A program made the position numbers and the translations under genes. A model generated the notes under the pieces. The model ran no database searches and was not told the origin of the DNA. It was given only the letters and a program-made list of their open reading frames with translations. This document shows positions 31,855 to 49,245 of a stretch of 64,000 nt of DNA, one piece after another; the first letter of the stretch is position 1, and each line of letters starts with the position of its first letter. Where the stretch lies: positions 544,001 to 608,000 of the forward strand of contig JASGJN010000022.1 of NCBI GenBank assembly GCA_049840735.1. Direction: 5' to 3'. Origin of the DNA: Anaeromyxobacter sp. (GTDB taxonomy: Bacteria; Myxococcota; Myxococcia; Myxococcales; Anaeromyxobacteraceae).

Positions 31855-34800
31855 ATGCGGTTCACCGATCTCTTCATCCGCCGGCCGGTCATCGCCATCG
31901 TCGTCAACCTGGTGATCGTGATCGCCGGCGTGCAGGCGCTGCGCACGCTCAACGTGCGGCAGTACCCGCGCAGCGAGAACGCGGCCATCACCATCACCAC
32001 GATCTACGTCGGGGCCAACGCCGACCTGGTGCGCGGCTTCATCACCACGCCGCTGGAGCGCGCCGTCGCGGCCGCCGACGGCATCGACTACATCGAGTCG
32101 GAGAGCACGCAGAACCTCTCCACCATCAAGGCGCACCTCAAGCTCAACTACGACGCCACCCGCGCGCTCTCCGAGATCGGCTCCAAGGTGGACCAGGTGC
32201 GCGGCGACCTGCCGCCCGAGGCCGAGGTCCCCACCCTCAACATCGAGTCCACCGAGTCGCAGTTCGCCTCGGCCTACCTGTCCTTCTCCTCCGACTTCCT
32301 CAAGCAGAACGAGATCACGGACTACCTGGTCCGCGTGGTCCAGCCGCGCCTCTCGGCGGTGGAGGGCGTGCAGCGGGCCGAGATCCTGGGCGCGCGCACC
32401 TTCGCCATGCGCATCTGGCTCAAGCCCGATCGGATGGCCGCGCTCAACGTGAGCCCGGCCCAGGTGCGCCAGGCCCTGGCCGCCAACAACTACCTGGCCG
32501 CCATCGGCCAGACCAAGGGCTCGCTGGTCCAGGTGAACCTCACGGCCAACACCGACCTGCGCTCGGTGAAGGAGTTCCAGCAGCTGGTGGTGCGCCAGTC
32601 CGAGGGCGGCGTGATCCGCCTGGGGGACGTGGCCGACGTGGTGCTGGGGGCCGAGGACTACGACGTGGCGGTGAACTTCAGCGGCAAGACCGCGGTGTTC
32701 ATCGGCATCTTCGCCCTGCCCAACGCCAACTCGCTGGACGTGCTGAAGCGGGTCCGGGTCGAGATGGACTCGATCACCAAGGACCTGCCGGAGCAGATGC
32801 AGGGCGTCATCGCCTACGACGGCACCCGCTACATCCAGAACGCCATCGAGGAGGTCGAGCAGACGCTGATCGAGACGCTGCTCATCGTGGTGGTGGTGAT
32901 CTTCCTCTTCCTGGGCTCGCTCCGCTCGGTGCTGGTCCCGGTGATCGCCATCCCGGTCTCGCTGGTGGGCGCGGTCTTCCTGATGGCGGTGTTCGGGTTC
33001 TCGGTGAACCTGCTCACCCTGCTGGCCATCGTGCTCTCGGTGGGCCTGGTGGTGGACGACGCCATCGTGGTGGTCGAGAACGTCGAGCGCCACCTGCGCG
33101 ACGGCATGAGACCCTTCGACGCCGCGGTGCGCGGCGCGCGCGAGCTGGTCGGGCCCATCATCGCCATGACCATCACGCTGGCGGCGGTCTACACGCCCAT
33201 CGCCTTCCAGGGCGGCCTGACCGGCTCGCTCTTCCGCGAGTTCGCGCTCACGCTGGCCGGCGCGGTGACCATCTCCGGCGTGGTGGCGCTGACGCTCTCG
33301 CCGGTGATGTCCTCCGCGCTGCTCAAGGCGGACGACGAGGAGCACGGCCTCCCGCACGTCATCGCCCGCATCTTCGACCGGATCCGGACCACCTACCGCC
33401 GCCACCTGGGCATGGCCTTCGAGGCGCGCGGGGCCATCTACGTGGCCTGGGGGCTCATCACCGTGCTGGTGGTGCTCATGTTCACGCAGGCGCCGCGCGA
33501 GCTGGCGCCCACGGAGGACCAGGGCGTCATCTTCGGCATCGTCAACACCCCGGCCAACTCCACGCTCGACCAGGTGATGGTCTCGAGCCGCGAGGTGAAC
33601 AAGGAGGTCATGGCGCTGCCGGAGTCCAACTTCACCTTCCAGATCACCTTCCCGACCGGCGGGTTCTGGGGCGTGGGGCTCAAGCCGTGGAAGGACCGCC
33701 AGCGCTCGGCCTTCCAGATCCTGCCGCAGGTGCAGGAGGAGCTGTCGCAGATCCCCGGCGTGCAGACCTTCCCCATCCTGCCCCCGGCGCTGCCGGGCGG
33801 CGGCAACTTCCCGGTCGAGTTCGTGGTGGCCTCCACCGCCGACACGGCCGACGTGCTCGGGTTCGCCACCAAGATCCAGGAGAAGGCGGCGCAGAGCGGC
33901 ATGTTCGCCTTCCCGCCGCTCATCGACGTCAAGGTGGACCAGCCGCAGTCGGAGCTGGTCTTCGATCGCGACAAGGTGGCGGAGCTGGGGCTCAACCTGG
34001 CCTCGGTGGGCCAGGACGTGTCGGCGGCGGTGGGTGGCAACTTCGTCAACCGCTTCAGCGTGTCGGGCCGCAGCTACAAGGTCATCCCGCAGCTGCTCCG
34101 GACCGAGCGGCTCAACCCCGAGCAGCTGAAGGACATCTACGTCACCGGCCCGGGCGGCAACCTCATCAAGCTCTCCGCCATCGCCACCCTCCGCGACACG
34201 GTGGCGCCGCGCTCCCTCAACCGCTTCCAGCAGCTCAACGCGGTCAAGATCAGCGGCGTGGCCATGGTGCCGCTCGACCAGGCGCTCTCGAAGCTGGAGG
34301 CGCTCGCGGCGGAGGAGCTGCCGCAGGGCTACGTGGTGGACTACACCGGCGAGTCGCGCCAGCTGCGCGTGGAGGGGAACAAGTTCCTCCCCGCCTTCCT
34401 GCTGGCGGTGGTGCTGATCTTCCTGGTGCTGGCCGCGCAGTTCAACAGCTTCCGCGACCCGTTCGTGATCCTGGCCGGCTCGGTGCCGCTGGGCATGTTC
34501 GGCGCGCTGGCGATGACGTTCCTCAAGATGCCCAACCCCAACATGCCGTTCTGGACCGACGGCTGGACCACCACGCTCAACGTCTACTCGCAGGTGGGCC
34601 TGGTGACGCTGGTGGGGCTGGTGGCCAAGAACGGCATCCTGATCGTCGAGTTCGCCAACAAGCTGCAGGTGCAGGGCGTGTCCAAGGTGGAGGCGGTGAA
34701 GGAGGCCGCCACCACCCGCCTCCGCCCCATCCTCATGACCTCGGTGGCCACGGTGGCCGGCCACTTCCCGCTGGTGCTGGTCACCGGCCCGGGCGCCGAG

Positions 34801-35004
34801 GCGCGCAACTCGATCGGCCTGGTGCTGGTGACCGGCATGGCGGTGGGCACCGCCTTCACGCTCTTCTTCGTGCCCACCATCTACCTGCTCATCGCCAGGG
34901 ACCGCCGCGGCACCCGCACGGCGGCCGAGGTGCTGCAGGAGGTGGACGTCCACGCCCGGCGCGACGCGGCGCTGGCCCGGGAGCCGGCGGCGGCGGAGGG
35001 CTGA
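31855..35004 (+). CDS. RND efflux permease (MexI/MexW-like)
   Basis: FIRRPV, GLVVDDAIVVVEN, KNGILIVEFA, RLRPILMT; 1049 aa. Confidence 0.95.
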   Translation: MRFTDLFIRRPVIAIVVNLVIVIAGVQALRTLNVRQYPRSENAAITITTIYVGANADLVRGFITTPLERAVAAADGIDYIESESTQNLSTIKAHLKLNYDATRALSEIGSKVDQVRGDLPPEAEVPTLNIESTESQFASAYLSFSSDFLKQNEITDYLVRVVQPRLSAVEGVQRAEILGARTFAMRIWLKPDRMAALNVSPAQVRQALAANNYLAAIGQTKGSLVQVNLTANTDLRSVKEFQQLVVRQSEGGVIRLGDVADVVLGAEDYDVAVNFSGKTAVFIGIFALPNANSLDVLKRVRVEMDSITKDLPEQMQGVIAYDGTRYIQNAIEEVEQTLIETLLIVVVVIFLFLGSLRSVLVPVIAIPVSLVGAVFLMAVFGFSVNLLTLLAIVLSVGLVVDDAIVVVENVERHLRDGMRPFDAAVRGARELVGPIIAMTITLAAVYTPIAFQGGLTGSLFREFALTLAGAVTISGVVALTLSPVMSSALLKADDEEHGLPHVIARIFDRIRTTYRRHLGMAFEARGAIYVAWGLITVLVVLMFTQAPRELAPTEDQGVIFGIVNTPANSTLDQVMVSSREVNKEVMALPESNFTFQITFPTGGFWGVGLKPWKDRQRSAFQILPQVQEELSQIPGVQTFPILPPALPGGGNFPVEFVVASTADTADVLGFATKIQEKAAQSGMFAFPPLIDVKVDQPQSELVFDRDKVAELGLNLASVGQDVSAAVGGNFVNRFSVSGRSYKVIPQLLRTERLNPEQLKDIYVTGPGGNLIKLSAIATLRDTVAPRSLNRFQQLNAVKISGVAMVPLDQALSKLEALAAEELPQGYVVDYTGESRQLRVEGNKFLPAFLLAVVLIFLVLAAQFNSFRDPFVILAGSVPLGMFGALAMTFLKMPNPNMPFWTDGWTTTLNVYSQVGLVTLVGLVAKNGILIVEFANKLQVQGVSKVEAVKEAATTRLRPILMTSVATVAGHFPLVLVTGPGAEARNSIGLVLVTGMAVGTAFTLFFVPTIYLLIARDRRGTRTAAEVLQEVDVHARRDAALAREPAAAEG

Positions 35005-35011
35005 AGCAAGA

Positions 35012-35047
35012 CGGCCCTCCCACCCGCGAGGGCGGGCGGGAGGGCCG
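35012..35047. terminator. GC hairpin between convergent genes
   Basis: CGGCCCTCCCACCCGC-GAGG-GCGGGCGGGAGGGCCG. Confidence 0.55.
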
Positions 35048-35083
35048 GGGCGCAACCGGGGAGGAGGCGCCCAGTGACCGCAG

Positions 35084-39010
<3,927 letters not shown>

Positions 39011-39209
39011 CTGTTTCCCTCTCCCTGGTTGGGCGCACGGGTCCGGCCGCGGCGCCAGGGGCGTCGCGTGCCGGGCAGCGCACGCGGTCGTGTGGCGGCT
39101 GGACGAGGGGCGCGGGCGGATGTGACCGCAGGTCAACTGACGGTCACGGTAGGTGAATGTGCCTTCGTTCGGCCTGGGCCGTCGGGAACGACGTTCGCTG
39201 TGAGGGTTC

Positions 39210-42164
39210 TCACCCCTTCAGGATCACGCCCACCCTGCGCCGCCCGTCCATCCGGACCCGGAGCGGCTGCGCCAGGCGCACGTGGCGGGCGAAGGACCGC
39301 TCCTCCACCGCCGGCTGGCCGGCCAGCCACGCCCAGTCCACGTGGCCGCCCTCCACCTGCTCGTTGACGGTGAAGTAGCCGACCTGGAACGAGGTGACGT
39401 TCTGGAAGAAGTGCGAGCCCTGCGACGGGGTGACGGCGAAGTCCCTGAACCCGGCCTCGACGATGACGCGGGCGCCGGCGATGTCGTCCCACTTCACCGG
39501 CACGCCCAGCCAGGGATCGTTGGAGCCCCAGCGCCCCACGCCCACCAGCACGTAGGGCAGGCCCGCCGCCACCAGGTGGGCGTTGAGCTGCGCGACCTCC
39601 TGCGCCACCAGCGCGCTGCGCGCGCGGTCGTAGCGGTGCTGGTCCACGACGATCAGGTCGCGGATCCCCTCCACCTCGCCGTTGCCCAGTACCGCCGCGG
39701 AGCGGACCAGCACCTGCGCCGGATCCGCCTCGCCCAGGTCCACCGCCGGCGCGTCGCGCGAGACCACCAGCGGCCGGATCTGCAGGATCGCGAACTCCTT
39801 CGGCTCGGTCGGCGGCGTCCCCAGGTCGGCGGCGAACTCCAGCTCCACCGGGCCGCCCATGCCCTCCGCCGCCATCTGGAGCGCCGCGTGGGTCAGGTCG
39901 GCCAGCGGGAAGAGGCCGTGCTTGAGCATGGGGGCGAAGGGAATCACGCGGGCGCCGGGCCGGGAGAGGCCGTCGCGCACCGCGCCGTCGTCGGCGCTGT
40001 AGGTGGAGGCCAGCAGCGGGAGCGTGCCGTCGGCCTCGGCGGCGGTCAGGTCGAAGCGCGCCTCGCGCATCTCGTGCTCCGGGTCCATGCCCAGGTGCGG
40101 CTCGTTCAGCTCCAGCGCCCAGAAGTCGCGCTGGCCGTTGCGGAGCATGTCCTGCACCGACGAGAACTGGAGCAGGTGGCGCGGGTGGCGCGGGGAGAAG
40201 CGCAGGCACTGGCCGCCCTCCACCACCGCGCGCCCCAGGCCCAGCGCCACCGCCACGATGCCGTCCTCGGAGCGCAGCGGCGGGGTCGGGTAGTAGTTGA
40301 GCGAGCGGGCCACCCCGGAGATCTCGGGGTAGAAGCGCGCGCCGTGCGGCTCGCCCACCATGCGCTGGACGATCACGGCCATCTTCTCCTCCTCCAGCCG
40401 GTAGGGCGTGGCCGCCAGGTAGGCCTTGGCGTGCCGGGAGAAGGTGGAGGCGTAGACGGCCTGGATGGCGCGCAAGAGCGCGTCGAGGCGCACCTCGGGG
40501 TCCGGGTGCATGTTGGACAGCATGTAGGTGGCGTAGACGCCGCTGAACGGCTGGTGCTGCGAGTCCTCCAGGAGCGAGGACGAGCGCACCGCCAGCGGCC
40601 AGCGCACCTTCTCCAGCAGGGCGCGCAGCGCGGCCCGCGGCTCGGCCGGGAAGCGGCCTGCCATGACCCGGGCGCGCAGCTCGTCGTCGTCGTCGCAGTG
40701 GAGGACGAAGTCGCGCAGCCCGTTCTCGTCCAGGAACTGGTCGAAGACGTCGGTCGCCACCACCAGCGAGGCCGGCACCTGCACCCGCACCCCGGGGAAG
40801 CGGTGCGAGAGCCCGGTCTCGGCCAGCATGCGGCGCACGAAGGCCAGGCCGCGCGCCTTGCCGCCCAGCGAGCCGCCGCCCAGGCGCCAGAAATTGCGCC
40901 GCCGCCCCTCGAACGTGGCCGGGTCGAAGTCCTCGATCACCAGCGCGCGCCGCTCGGCGCGGTACTCGGTGATGGAGCGGATCAGGTCGGCCCGGAGCGC
41001 CTCGACGTCGGGGTACTCCGAGACGCGCCGCGGCCGGAGCTTCTCCGCCAGGCGGAAGTCGGCCCTGGCCCGCAGCCACTTGGAGAAGTGATTGCGCTCG
41101 GCGTGGAAGAGCAGGCTGTCGGCCGGCACGGCCGAGAGCGCCGCCTCCAGCCCGCGCAGGTCCGCCGCCCGCGCCACCGGCTCGCCGTCCGGGCGCTGGA
41201 AGACGAAGTCGCCGAAGCCGAACCCCTCCACCATGCAGCGCCGCAGCTCCTGCAGCAGCACCGGCGAGCCCTTCAGCAGGAAGGCCGCGTCCAGCTCGCG
41301 CGCCAGCGCCGCGTTCTCGGGCCGGGAGCTCTGCAGCACGATGGGCACGTCCGGCTCGAGCGCCTTCACCTGCCGCGCCAGCCGCGCGCCGGCGTCCTCG
41401 CACGCCGCCCCGCCCATGGGGAAGTTCACGTCGGAGATGACGGCCAGCAGGCTGTCCTTGTACGCCAGCACCTGCTCCCAGGCGTCCTCGTAGGTGCTGG
41501 CCAGCAGCACCTTGGGCCGCGCCCGCATGCGCAGGATCTTCTGCGAGAGGTTGGCGCCTTCCGACAGGAGCCGCTGCGCGTGGCGCACCAGCTCGGCGTG
41601 GATCATGGGGAGGAAGGAGGAGTAGTAGCGGACCGAGTCCTCCACCACCAGGAGCAGCGGCACGCCCGCCACGCCCGAGTCGTAGGGCGCGTTCCAGCGG
41701 TCCTCCACGGTGTGGACGATGCCCAGCAGGATCTGGACGTCGCCCTGCCAGAGGAAGACCCGCTCGATCTGCGAGGTGTCGTGGCGGGCCAGGAACTGCG
41801 AGAGCTGGCGGCCGTCGAAGGCCAGCAGCACCACCGGCACGTCCAGCCCGGCCTCGCGCACCGCGCGCGCCAGCTCCACCGCGTTCATGTCGCCGACCTG
41901 GGTGGCCGTGACGATCAGGTTGAAGCGCGGATCGCTCTTCGCGCGCTCCACCGCCTCGGCGCCGCTGGAGACGCGGGTCAGGCCCGGCGTGTGGCGGAGC
42001 CCCAGCTCCAGGAACTGCCCCAGCATCCGCTCGTTGAGCTGCCCGTCCTCCTCCAGGATGAAGGCGTCGTAGGGGCTGGCGACCAGCAGGATGTCCTGCA
42101 CCCGCCGGCGCATCAGGTCCTGGAACTCCTGCGCGCCGCCGGAGCGGGTGCGGGACAGCGTCAT
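39210..42164 (-). CDS. Receiver-like domains fused to a PEP synthase/PPDK nucleotide-binding domain
   Basis: ILLVASPYDAF, LLVVEDS, VISDVNFP; LGGKARGL, AVRSSS, MAVIVQRMVG, VELEFA, ILQIRP. Confidence 0.85.
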   Translation of the reverse strand: MTLSRTRSGGAQEFQDLMRRRVQDILLVASPYDAFILEEDGQLNERMLGQFLELGLRHTPGLTRVSSGAEAVERAKSDPRFNLIVTATQVGDMNAVELARAVREAGLDVPVVLLAFDGRQLSQFLARHDTSQIERVFLWQGDVQILLGIVHTVEDRWNAPYDSGVAGVPLLLVVEDSVRYYSSFLPMIHAELVRHAQRLLSEGANLSQKILRMRARPKVLLASTYEDAWEQVLAYKDSLLAVISDVNFPMGGAACEDAGARLARQVKALEPDVPIVLQSSRPENAALARELDAAFLLKGSPVLLQELRRCMVEGFGFGDFVFQRPDGEPVARAADLRGLEAALSAVPADSLLFHAERNHFSKWLRARADFRLAEKLRPRRVSEYPDVEALRADLIRSITEYRAERRALVIEDFDPATFEGRRRNFWRLGGGSLGGKARGLAFVRRMLAETGLSHRFPGVRVQVPASLVVATDVFDQFLDENGLRDFVLHCDDDDELRARVMAGRFPAEPRAALRALLEKVRWPLAVRSSSLLEDSQHQPFSGVYATYMLSNMHPDPEVRLDALLRAIQAVYASTFSRHAKAYLAATPYRLEEEKMAVIVQRMVGEPHGARFYPEISGVARSLNYYPTPPLRSEDGIVAVALGLGRAVVEGGQCLRFSPRHPRHLLQFSSVQDMLRNGQRDFWALELNEPHLGMDPEHEMREARFDLTAAEADGTLPLLASTYSADDGAVRDGLSRPGARVIPFAPMLKHGLFPLADLTHAALQMAAEGMGGPVELEFAADLGTPPTEPKEFAILQIRPLVVSRDAPAVDLGEADPAQVLVRSAAVLGNGEVEGIRDLIVVDQHRYDRARSALVAQEVAQLNAHLVAAGLPYVLVGVGRWGSNDPWLGVPVKWDDIAGARVIVEAGFRDFAVTPSQGSHFFQNVTSFQVGYFTVNEQVEGGHVDWAWLAGQPAVEERSFARHVRLAQPLRVRMDGRRRVGVILKG

Positions 42165-42192
42165 GGCGGGACCTCCACGGAGAGCATACAGC

Positions 42193-42225
42193 ACCGCCCG
42201 CTCCGGCGAGGCCGGAGCGGGCGGT
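42193..42225. terminator. 15-bp perfect hairpin downstream of gdhA
   Basis: ACCGCCCGCTCCGGC-GAG-GCCGGAGCGGGCGGT; no U-tract. Confidence 0.5.
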
Positions 42226-42284
42226 CTGGGGCGTCGCCGGCTGCCTGGAGTCGAGCTCTAGGGCGCCGGTGCTGCGGCAGGCGG

Positions 42285-45078
<2,794 letters not shown>

Positions 45079-45082
<4 letters not shown>

Positions 45083-45891
45083 GGCAGCTCCTCCGCGCAG
45101 GGGCGGGTGCGGTCCTGCAGCGAGAGCAAGCCGCTCCGTTCACCAGCGCCGGCGGCATCGATGGTGTGGGCGGCCGAGGCGAGCGCAAAGCCCCGGAGGC
45201 GCTCCAGCGCGGCCTTTGTGCCCGCCGTCATGGGCCGCTGCCTGATCCGGCCGAGCAGGGCGGCGGCGCGGCAGAGGTTCCGGTAGGCGCCCTCCAGCTC
45301 CTGCTGCTCGCGGAGCAGCTTGTAGCCCAGCGACAGCGCCACGAAGGCGTCCACGTCGCGCGGGCGGGTGATGAGCTTCACGAAGTCCTGCGTGCCCTCG
45401 GCGCGATAGGAGAGCCGCTGCAGGGCTCCGGGCATCTCCGCCTGCCCGCGGTCCGCGGCGAACCGGACCGGCACCAGCAGGTAGTTGATCACCGCCTCCA
45501 CCCCGGGCGGCGCGCCGGGGTCGGACCGGAGCAACGTCCCCCACATCTCGAGCAGCACCCGGTCGTTGTACAGGCGCGCGACCAGCGGTGGTGCGAACTC
45601 GCTGCCGTCGGTGGCTGGAGCGCGGTGCGCGCAGATCACGAAGCTCACCGGCTCGGCGGCGGGGTTCACCCACTGGGCCTCGGCTCCGGTGTCCAGCTCG
45701 AACTGGAGCCGCTGCATGAACCGCTCCAGGCCGGGGCGGGCGCTGAACACGCCCTCCCAGGCCGGCGGTTCGCTCAGGAAGACCGTGAAGCCGCGCGCCG
45801 GGTGGCAATCGACGAGGTCCGCCCTTCCTGGTGCTGCGGTCAAGAGCCCAGCGGCCAAGACCAGGACGGCGGGGAGACGGCGGGTGGTCAC
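45079..45891 (-). CDS. Hypothetical secreted protein
   Basis: GTG start overlapping the upstream TGA; signal ending PGRA-D. Confidence 0.7.
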
Positions 45892-46664
45892 GGTGCCTCC
45901 AGGGCGCCCAGGGTGGCGTCGATGTCCTCGAGCAGCGCCGGGTAGTCCTCCTGCGGCGACAGCGGCAGCTGCAGCACGTGCGCCTGCAGCGCGGCGGTGC
46001 TGCCCTTCCCCGCAGCCTCGACGAGCGCCTTGTAGGCCTTGAGCATCGGGACGGCCTCGCGGCACTCTGCTTCGCCGAGGATCCGAACCACCTCCAGCTG
46101 GTCCTGCCACGCGAAGAGCCGGCCAGAGCGGCCCAGCACATTGGGGAGGGCGGCGCAGAGCTCGCGCGGATGGGTGAGTCCCAGGATCCGGAGCCCGGAG
46201 GCGGCCGCGGCCCCTCGCATCCGGCCGGCGCTCAGCTCCCCGAGCAGCGGCGCGATGGCCGCTGGGCCGAAGGAGGCGATCACGCGCGCCGTGGCCGTGA
46301 GGGTGACCGCATTGCTGTTCGGGTCACCCATGATCTGGAGCAGCTCGCGCAGCTCCTTCGCGTACGAGAGGTCCAGCTCGCGCTGCTTGAGCGACCGATC
46401 GAAGGAATCCTTGAGCCCCCACCCCAGCGCCAGGATGACGAGCGCGTTGATCAGCTTGGGCAGTTCGCCCATGAGCGCCCGGAGGAAGCGGCGGCCGTTT
46501 CCAGGCGCGTCCCGCCCGGCGCTCGGGGCGGGCTTCTCTGGCGCGGGGGGAGCAGGGGGTGCCCCGCCAGATGATGGCGCCGCAGCAGCGGCTGGCGCGT
46601 CGAGGGCCGCGGCAGGCAGCGGGCTGCCGTCCGTACCTGGCTCGTGCAGCGGGATCGGGGGCAT
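45888..46664 (-). CDS. Hypothetical single-pass membrane protein with helical-repeat-like C-terminus
   Basis: Pro/Ala-rich N-terminus; LINALVILALGWGL hydrophobic segment; coupled to the next gene. Confidence 0.65.
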   Translation of the reverse strand: MPPIPLHEPGTDGSPLPAAALDAPAAAAAPSSGGAPPAPPAPEKPAPSAGRDAPGNGRRFLRALMGELPKLINALVILALGWGLKDSFDRSLKQRELDLSYAKELRELLQIMGDPNSNAVTLTATARVIASFGPAAIAPLLGELSAGRMRGAAAASGLRILGLTHPRELCAALPNVLGRSGRLFAWQDQLEVVRILGEAECREAVPMLKAYKALVEAAGKGSTAALQAHVLQLPLSPQEDYPALLEDIDATLGALEAP

Positions 46665-46791
46665 GGTCTGCGCTGGGCTCCGGTGGAGGCGTTGCGCCGT
46701 GCACCGTCAGTCCTAGCGAGGCCTGCAGGAGGGCGCGACCACCAGCCAAGGCTCGGGGGGAGCCCTTCCACCGGGAGGCCCCGGCCGGAAG

Positions 46792-47439
46792 CTAGGTGTC
46801 CACCAACCCGTTGCGGATGCAGTACTTGACCACGTCGGCCAGGTTGCGCGCGTCCAGCTTGCGCATCAGCGAGGCGCGGTGCGTGTCGGCGGTGCGGACG
46901 CTGATGTTGAGCCGCGCCGCGGCCTCCTTCGACGAGTAGCCGTCCGCCAGCAGCACCGCCAGCTCCCGCTCGCGCGGCGTGATGTGGCCGCCGGCGCGCT
47001 GCTGCGTCACCCAGGGTGTGGCGTACTCGGCCGCCTCCGGCGAGGCCGTGCCGGCGAGGTAGAAGTCGCCGCGGGCCGCGCAGCGGATGGCGTCGAGCAG
47101 CCCCTCCAGCCCGGCGTCCTTGAGCACGTACCCGCGCACGCCCGCCTCGAAGGCCTCGCGCTGGTAGCTGGTGCCGGCGTGGACCGAGAGCGCCACCAGC
47201 TCCGCGCGCGGCTGGTGCTCGCGCAGCCAGCGGGCCGCCTCCAGCCCGCCCGCGCCGGGCGTGGCCACGTCCAGCACCACCACGTCCGGCGACACCGTCG
47301 GGATCTGCGCCTGCGCGTCGGCCCAGCTGCCGGAGGCGCCGGCCAGCGCCAGGCCGCGGGTGGGGAGCGCGATCGCCAGCGCGTCGCGCAGCAGCGGCTG
47401 TCCCTCGAGCACGTAGACCTGGATCGGGCGGTCGGCCAT
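46792..47439 (-). CDS. NarL/LuxR family response regulator
   Basis: VVVLDV, GYVLK; ITPRERE...ISVRTADTHRASLMRKL. Confidence 0.92.
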   Translation of the reverse strand: MADRPIQVYVLEGQPLLRDALAIALPTRGLALAGASGSWADAQAQIPTVSPDVVVLDVATPGAGGLEAARWLREHQPRAELVALSVHAGTSYQREAFEAGVRGYVLKDAGLEGLLDAIRCAARGDFYLAGTASPEAAEYATPWVTQQRAGGHITPRERELAVLLADGYSSKEAAARLNISVRTADTHRASLMRKLDARNLADVVKYCIRNGLVDT

Positions 47440-47551
47440 GGCTGCCCCCACCTCATACCGCCGGAGGTGGGGTATTGTCCCATGGGACCATGGGCGCGCC
47501 CAGTCCCCCGCCGGACGGCGTCGGCCTGGCGCAGCGCCCGTCGCCAGGCCG

Positions 47552-48376
47552 CTAGATCCCGGCGCCGGCCTGGAACTCGAAGGCGCGCAGGCTCTCCTCG
47601 CGGACGAGCGTCAGGCAGCGCCGCTTGTGGTCGAGGAAGCGGGGGTCGGCGAAGACCGCGGCCGTCCGCGGCCGCGGCAGGGCGATCCGCTCGTCGAGGA
47701 CGATGCGCCCGGGCGCGGCGCTCATCACCAGGACGCGGTCGGCGAGGAAGATGGCCTCGTCGATGTCGTGGGTCACGAACACGCAGGTGTTCCGCACCTC
47801 GGACCAGAGCCGCAGCAGGAGCTCCTGCATCGCAGCCCGGGTCTGGGCATCGAGCGCGCCGAAGGGCTCGTCCATCAGCAGGACGCCGGGGGCGTTGGCG
47901 AGGGCCCGGGCCAGGCCCACCCGCTGCTGCATGCCTCCGGACAGGGTGCCAGGGTAGCGCCCGGCGAACCGGGACAGCCCCACCGCCTCCAGGTGGGAGC
48001 GCGCGATGGCCCGCGCCTCCGCGCGGGAGCGGCCGGTCATGCGCGGTCCGAACGCGACGTTGTCGAGGACCGACTTCCAGGGGAACAGCGCGTACTGCTG
48101 GAACACCATCCCGCGCTCCGCGCCGGGACCTCCGACCGGCACGCCATCGACCGTGATGCGACCCGCCTCGGGCGCCACGAACCCGGCCGTGGCGTTGAGG
48201 AGCGTGGACTTCCCGCAGCCGGACGGCCCGAGGACGCACACGAACTCGCCGGGCGGGATCTCCAGGTCGAGGCCGTCCACGGCCAGGTGCTGGGTGGCGC
48301 CGCGGCCGAGGCGGACCCGGAGCCCCTCGATCTGCAGCCGGCTGCGCCCGGCGGTCCCCGCGCCGGCGGGGCTCAC
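47552..48376 (-). CDS. NitT/TauT-family ABC transporter ATP-binding protein
   Basis: GPSGCGKST, LSGGMQQR, LMDEPFGALD. Confidence 0.93.
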   Translation of the reverse strand: MSPAGAGTAGRSRLQIEGLRVRLGRGATQHLAVDGLDLEIPPGEFVCVLGPSGCGKSTLLNATAGFVAPEAGRITVDGVPVGGPGAERGMVFQQYALFPWKSVLDNVAFGPRMTGRSRAEARAIARSHLEAVGLSRFAGRYPGTLSGGMQQRVGLARALANAPGVLLMDEPFGALDAQTRAAMQELLLRLWSEVRNTCVFVTHDIDEAIFLADRVLVMSAAPGRIVLDERIALPRPRTAAVFADPRFLDHKRRCLTLVREESLRAFEFQAGAGI

Positions 48377-49245
48377 GGCGCACGCTCCGGCGAGCGGTAC
48401 CAGGGGGTGAGGGTGCGCCCGACCAGCTTGACCAGGGCGCTGCTCCCCATGCCGAAGAGGCCGATGGCGAGCATCCCGACCACGATGTCCGGGTAATCCT
48501 GGAGCGTGTACGACTCCCAGGTGTAGTAGCCGATCCCGTACTGACCGGCGATCATCTCCGCCGTGACCAGGCAGAACCAGCAGGTCCCCATCCCGATGGC
48601 GAGGCCCGTGAAGATGCTGGGGAGCGCCGCGGGGAGGACCACCTCCCGGAACACCGCCCAGCTCCCCGCGCCCAGGCTCCGCGACGAGGCGATCAGGCGG
48701 TGGTCAATCCCCTCCACGCCGTGGATGGTGTTGAGGAGGATCGGGAACAGCGCCCCGATGAAGGTGATGTAGACCATGCTGACCTCGGACGACGGGAACA
48801 TCAGGATGGCGAGGGGGATCCAGGCGACGCCGGGGATGGGGCGCAGCACCTCGAGCGGCGGCAAGAGCGCGTCCTCGGCCCAGCGCAGGCGGCCGATGAC
48901 CAGCCCGAGGACCACCCCGGCCACGGCGGCGACGCCGAAGCCGGCGAACACGCGGAGCAGGCTGTTCGCGACGTGGAGCGGCAGCTTGGGCGAGTGCAGG
49001 AGCCGCCAGGCGGCCTCGGCGACCTCCGTGGGCGCGGGGACGTTGCGGAACGTGACGACGCGGAGGTCGAGGCGCCGCGCCGACGCGAACTCCCACAGGC
49101 CCACCGCTGTGGCGACGGCGCCGGCGCGGAGCGCCAGCCGGGCCGCGCGGGCCCGGGCGGAGCTCCGTGCCGGCGCGGCGCCGGGGCCGCTCGCCGCCGC
49201 CGCCGGAACGGCCAAGGCGGCGATCAGCTCGCGGGGGACGCTCAC
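48373..49245 (-). CDS. NitT/TauT-family ABC transporter permease
   Basis: LRPIPGVAWIPL, PAALPSIFTG, LVTAEMIA. Confidence 0.93.
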   Translation of the reverse strand: MSVPRELIAALAVPAAAASGPGAAPARSSARARAARLALRAGAVATAVGLWEFASARRLDLRVVTFRNVPAPTEVAEAAWRLLHSPKLPLHVANSLLRVFAGFGVAAVAGVVLGLVIGRLRWAEDALLPPLEVLRPIPGVAWIPLAILMFPSSEVSMVYITFIGALFPILLNTIHGVEGIDHRLIASSRSLGAGSWAVFREVVLPAALPSIFTGLAIGMGTCWFCLVTAEMIAGQYGIGYYTWESYTLQDYPDIVVGMLAIGLFGMGSSALVKLVGRTLTPWYRSPERAP

